From NCBI RefSeq assembly GCF_004010195.1, contig NC_057749.1:22262738-22286186 (forward strand): a stretch of DNA of 23,449 bases, written 5' to 3'. Position numbers and translations under genes: made by a program. Shown piece after piece: positions 19,266-23,449 of the stretch (the first letter of the stretch is position 1; every line of letters begins with the position of its first letter). Below the pieces are notes generated by a model. That model saw only the letters and a list, made by a program, of their open reading frames with translations. It was not told the DNA's origin and ran no database searches. Source of the stretch: Chiloscyllium plagiosum (Eukaryota).

Positions 19266-19464
19266 TTAGTCATCTGGTTGCTCTAATTTGTATCTGTATT
19301 CTTCCATTAACTCTAATATCCTCTCCAAGGTATTGTATTGACCTTAACTTTATTCAGTATTTAGAGTTTGGTCACACCAATAATTTGCAGCAGATCATTG
19401 TGATTGTGACTCTGTATTCCCATGTAATGTAGCCCAGAAACTGATTTACTTCACTCACATTCAC

Positions 19465-20005
19465 TGAATATATAAATTCGGAGGAGGCCGTTCAACCCTT
19501 CTGGCTTGACCTACCAGTTAATATATTCATGAACTGATTTGATTACGGCTCCAATCTCACCATTCCGGTCACCCCTGACAGATTTTTGTTTGAGAATGGA
19601 GGTTAAAAGTTAGTCAATGGCCGAAAAATATTTCTAAAATATGTTCAATGGTCCGATCTCCAACACTCCCTCTGGTCAGAAATCCAAAGATTCATGACTC
19701 TCAAAGAAAACAAATTCTTATCTCTGTCTTAAATAGGCAACTCCTTTAAATTTAAAGTGACCCTTGTTCCAGCCTTTTCCACACTTAGAAACATCATTTC
19801 AACATCCAACCTCAGGGTCAGCTGGTTCAGTAAGATCATTATTCCAATTGGTACCAGAAGCTGGTATCCACCTATCCGATCTTTCCTCACAAGATAATCC
19901 CCGTCCCATCCCAGGAATCAGACAAGTGAAGCTTTTTCAAACTGTTTGCGACATACTTATATCCTTCCTTAAACAGGGACACCAAAACGGTACAGAATAC
20001 TCCAC
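19465..20005 (-). mobile_element. Old CR1 LINE 3' portion
   Basis: Reverse complement gives EYSVPFWCPCLRKD...VKKLHLSDSWDG-type CR1 C-terminal remnants and a gggttgaacggcctcctcc tail. Confidence 0.7.
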
Positions 20006-20014
20006 AGAGTTCGC

Positions 20015-20885
20015 TCAATTCACTCGCAGGATGTGGATGTCGCTGGTTAGACCATCATTTATTGCCTGTCCCTAGTTGCCCCTTGAGAAGGTGGTGGTGA
20101 GCTGCCGCCTTGAGCTGCTGCAGTCCCATTTAATGCAGCTGGAGACACAATGCCCTTAGGGATTGAATTCCAGGGATTTTTACCCAGCGACACTGAAGGA
20201 ACGGTGACATATTTCCAAAGGGCGGCACAGTGGTTCAGTGGTTAGCGCTGCTGCCTCACAGCACCAGGGTCCCAGGTTCGATTCCAGCCTCGGGCGACTG
20301 TCTGTGTGGAGTTTGCACATTCTCCCTGTGTCTGCGTGGGTTTCCTCCGGATGCTCCGATTTCCTCCCACAGTCACAAAGATGTGCAGGTCAGATGAATT
20401 GACCATGCTAAATTGTCCATAGTGTTAGGTGAAGAGGTAGATGTAAGGGAATGGGTCTGGGTGGGTTGCGCTTCGGAGGGTCCGTGTGGACTAGTTGGGC
20501 CGAAGGGCCTGTTTCCACACTGTAAGTAATCTATCTACCTAAAAGAAAAGTCACAATGGCGCGAGTCTTGGAGGGGAACTTGCAGGTTGTAGTGTTCCCA
20601 TGTATCTGCAGCCCTTGTCTTTATAGATGGAAGTGGTTGTGGGCTTGGACAGTGCTGTCGAAGGACATTTGGTGAATCCCTGCAGTGCGTATTGTAGATG
20701 GTAGACACTGTGGCTGCTGGGGTTCAGTTGGCGAGGGAGTGGATGGGGTGCCAATCAAGCAGGCTGCTTCACCACTTCTTGAGTGTTGTTGGAGCTGCAC
20801 TCATCCAGATAAGTGGGGCACGTTCCATCACACTCCTGACTTGTACCTTGTAGACCGTGGATAGGCTCCAAAGATGCAGGAGGTT
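20015..20885 (-). mobile_element. 3' end of the CR1/L2-group LINE family, interrupted by an HE1
   Basis: catttattgcctgtccctagttgcccttgagaaggtggtggtgagc is the reverse complement of 11295-11342, and the match continues at 20550-20885. Confidence 0.85.
20220..20540 (+). mobile_element. HE1 SINE, full length, young-looking
   Basis: gggcggcacagtggttcagtgg, ggttcgattcc, V-domain, tail ccacactgtaagtaatctatct. Confidence 0.93.
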
Positions 20886-21074
20886 ATATCGTCAACCTGC
20901 ACAGCTTGAACAAAACACTCCTGCTTCTATGTTCCATTTGTCTAGCAACGAACAATACAGCAGACACCAAAATGCCCTGTGCTGATAAGGGACTGATCCT
21001 TATTCTAAATGTTTGCCTCAAATACCTTAAGGAACGTCCCTTACTTCCAGGGCATCCCGTTGCAGACCAAACAG

Positions 21075-22173
21075 AATCTCTCCCACCCTCTTCCATTGAG
21101 CAAAAGATACAAATGTTTAAAAACACGTACCAACAGATTCAAGAACAGCTTCTTTCCCAGTTATCAGATTTATAAACGGTCCCACTAATAAAATCTAAAT
21201 TATGGTTCGGTCGATGCGAATACACAGAGTATGGTAAATAGTATAGGTGAGCTCCACCTGCAGATTGCCATGTGGAAATGTGATTATATAACTTCAACAG
21301 AGACTTGACTCATGGGCCAGACAGGATGTCAAATGTTCCACATATAAGGTGTTCAGTAAAGGTAAGCAGGTATTTGAGGTAAACATTCAGAATAAGTATC
21401 AGTCCCTTATCAGTAAAGAGGAAGAGACAGATGTATTGCTTAAGGAGACCTTGCAACATTTCATGCTGCAGCTGTACAAGACTCTGGTGGGTCCGCATTT
21501 GGAATATAATGTACAGTTCTGGTCACCGCATTATAAGAAGGATGCGGAAGCATTGGAAAGGGTTCAGAGGAGATTTACTCGGATGTTGCCTGGTATGGAG
21601 AGAAGGTCTTACAAGGAAAGGCTGAGGGACTTGAGGTTGTTTTCATTAGAGAGAAGGTTGAGTGGTGACTTAATTGGGACATTTAAGATAATCAGAGGGT
21701 TAGATAGGATGGACAGGGAGAGCCTTTTCTCCTCAGATGGCGATGGCTAGCATGAGGGGACGTAGCTTTAAATTGAGGGGTGATAGACATAGGACAGATA
21801 TCAGAGGCAATTTCTTTACTAAGAGAGTAGTAGGGGTGTGGAATGCCCTGCCTGCAACAGTAGTAGACTCGCCAACTTTAAGGGCATTTAAATGGTCATT
21901 GGATAAACATATGGACGGGAATGGAATAGTGTAGGATAGATGGGCTTCAGATTGGTTCCACAGGTTGGTGCAACATCAAGGGTCTGTACTGCGCTGTAAT
22001 GTTATATGCCCTATTTCTCTCACATATTGATCTTTCTCTGCATCTTCTCTGTAGCTGTAACACTATATTCTGCATTCTGTTCTATTACCCTATGCAAGGA
22101 ATGAATTGTCTGGATAGCAAGCAAAACAATACTTTTCACTGCATCTCGATATGTGACAATAATAAATCAAATC
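21075..22173 (+). mobile_element. Rex1/Babar-type LINE 3' end (21075-21185 plus probable 3'UTR 22010-22173), split by a CR1 insertion
   Basis: 21089 onward reads LPLSKRYKCLKTRTNRFKNSFFP, like Rex1 'LPSGRRY...T.RFKNSFFP'. The distal piece ends tgtgacaataataaatcaaatc. Confidence 0.65.
21205..22005 (+). mobile_element. CR1 LINE: endonuclease N-terminal remnant (21205-21450) joined to a 3' end (21460-22005)
   Basis: NTQSMVNSIGELHLQIAMWKCDYITSTET*L matches the APE 'NARS..NK..EL...D...ITETWL' motif. It is followed by LYKTLVGPHLEYNVQFWSP...FFTKRVVGVWNALP. Confidence 0.85.
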
Positions 22174-22417
22174 TTGCCTTTTCCTCTGTGAGTACATTCA
22201 ATGTGGCCACTAGGCATCATCACAATGCCCTCCACTTCATGGTCACCAGCTCATCGTGCACAGTCTCACAATAAACGTCTCCCTCATCTTATTTTATTTG
22301 GGTCATCCTGAGAAGAGACGCAGTACAGGAAACAGTGTATACTTATTCTCACACACACTCTCTATAGGGAGGTGAACCAGCAGACAATGCAATGTAGAAT
22401 CATAGAGCTGGGGATCT

Positions 22418-22695
22418 TACAAATGCTGTAATTGTACCAGCCTCCACCACTTCCTCTGGCAGCGCATCCCATACACACACACACCACCCTTTGCATGAAA
22501 AAATTGTCCCTTCGGTCCCTTTTAAATTTTTCCCCTCTCACCTGAAACCTATGCCTCGAGATCTGGACTCCACTGTAGCAGGGAAACCAGAATTGCATGC
22601 AGTATTCTAAAAGTGGCCTAATCAATGTACTGTACAGCCACAACATGACCTCCCAACTCCTGTACTCAATGCACTGACCAATAAACACAAGCACA
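22418..22695 (-). mobile_element. HER1/CR1 fragment with an internal deletion
   Basis: [38 protein letters not shown] is joined to SRHRFQVRGEKFKRD..NFFMQRVV. Confidence 0.85.
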
Positions 22696-23155
22696 TGTTT
22701 AGTATGACTATATCATATTGCAACTGTTCAATCTATTTTCAATCTAGACCTGATTTACATTGTTGTCTCACTATGGAAACAACCTCATTTCAAAACTTTT
22801 ATTTCCAGGGGAAACACTCAGCACATATATACATTTATCTGTCACCCATTTACGCATTTCCCAAAGAAACTCAAAGTGAACTTTCTTGTATTCAAATTTG
22901 AAACTCAGCACCTTCGTGAACATTGTATCCTTTCTAAGTTCAGTCATTGTCCCTCTGATTCTGAACTTCAGACCAGATGAAGATATTTAACAGTGGAGAT
23001 CCCAAACAGAAACCACCCACGAATCCACAAGAGATCTGAAGTGAACCACTTTCCTCAGGCTGGCAATGTGCCAGTATTCTCTAGACTATGTTCTCTGTTA
23101 AACAGAACTTTCACGGTAACATAGATATTTAAACAGTGGAGAGGCTAAACTAACG

Positions 23156-23449
23156 AGGAGAAAGTGAGGACTGCAGATGCTGGAGATCAGAGCTGAAAAT
23201 GAGTTGCTTGAAAAGCGCAGCAGGTCAGGCAGCATCCAAGGAGCAGGAGAATCGACGTTTCGGGCATGAGCCCTTCTTCAGGAATGAGGAGAGTGTGCCA
23301 AGCAGGCTAAGATGAAAGGTAGGGAGGAGGGACTTGGGGGAGGGGCGTTGGAAATGCGATAGGTGGAAGGAGGTCAAGGTGAGGGTGATAGGCCGGAGTT
23401 GGGGTGGGGGCAGAGAGGTCAGGAAGAAGATTGCAGGTTAGGAAGGCGA
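23156..23449 (-). mobile_element. Penelope-like element 3' end / pLTR (continues beyond the window)
   Basis: gaggagaaagtgaggactgcagatgctggag...cgacgtttcgggcatgagcccttcttcaggaatgagg is the same family as 7410-7555 and 9132-9225. Confidence 0.85.
23250..23285 (-). ncRNA. Minimal hammerhead ribozyme motif in a Penelope pLTR (intact core, GUC site)
   Basis: Reverse complement: attc-CTGAAGA-a-GGGC-tcat-GCCC-GAAA-cg-TC-gatt. Confidence 0.7.

Noticed and set aside
20220..20295. tRNA genes at the SINE heads
   Set aside because: The A/B boxes continue directly into the V-domain and HE1 tail, so these are tRNA-derived SINE heads, not tRNAs.
20906..21175. 89-aa ORF with a signal-peptide-like start
   Set aside because: It has a non-ATG start, and its 3' half is an off-frame reading of a Rex1-type LINE end.
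20982..21413. MITE defined by the 46-bp inverted repeats
   Set aside because: No TSD surrounds the pair, and CR1 sequence continues across the right arm; reinterpreted as a templated insertion.
22215..22265. Candidate upstream annexin exon (minus strand ...HDELVTMK)
   Set aside because: There is no in-phase GT donor after the MK codons and no similarity to the expected L...LSG.LE...LGL...P..YDA..L motif.

Overview
Eukaryotic, repeat-saturated genomic DNA, almost certainly from a cartilaginous fish (shark): it carries HE1 V-SINEs, HER1/CR1 LINEs and shark-type Penelope elements. None of the ORF-track entries is a real host gene. The real gene is spliced and lies on the minus strand: four GT-AG exons of 91, 80, 60 and 94 bp (13948-14038, 6663-6742, 1755-1814, 1225-1318). 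They join in frame to give the middle of a divergent annexin A2-like protein: [108 protein letters not shown]. Its repeat-III Ca2+ loop looks degenerate. The introns hold nested, decayed transposons (SINEs, CR1/L2 LINEs, a Rex1-type tail, solo LTRs, a TA-target MITE, Penelope fragments), two minisatellites and two assembly gaps. The most interesting non-genic signals are minimal hammerhead-ribozyme motifs in the Penelope termini, a 180-bp Penelope-derived hairpin with perfect outer arms, and two short inverted templated copies (42 and 46 bp) at LINE break points. I see no evidence of a prokaryote-type novel system. Repeat-family names come from my recognition of the sequence, not from a database search.
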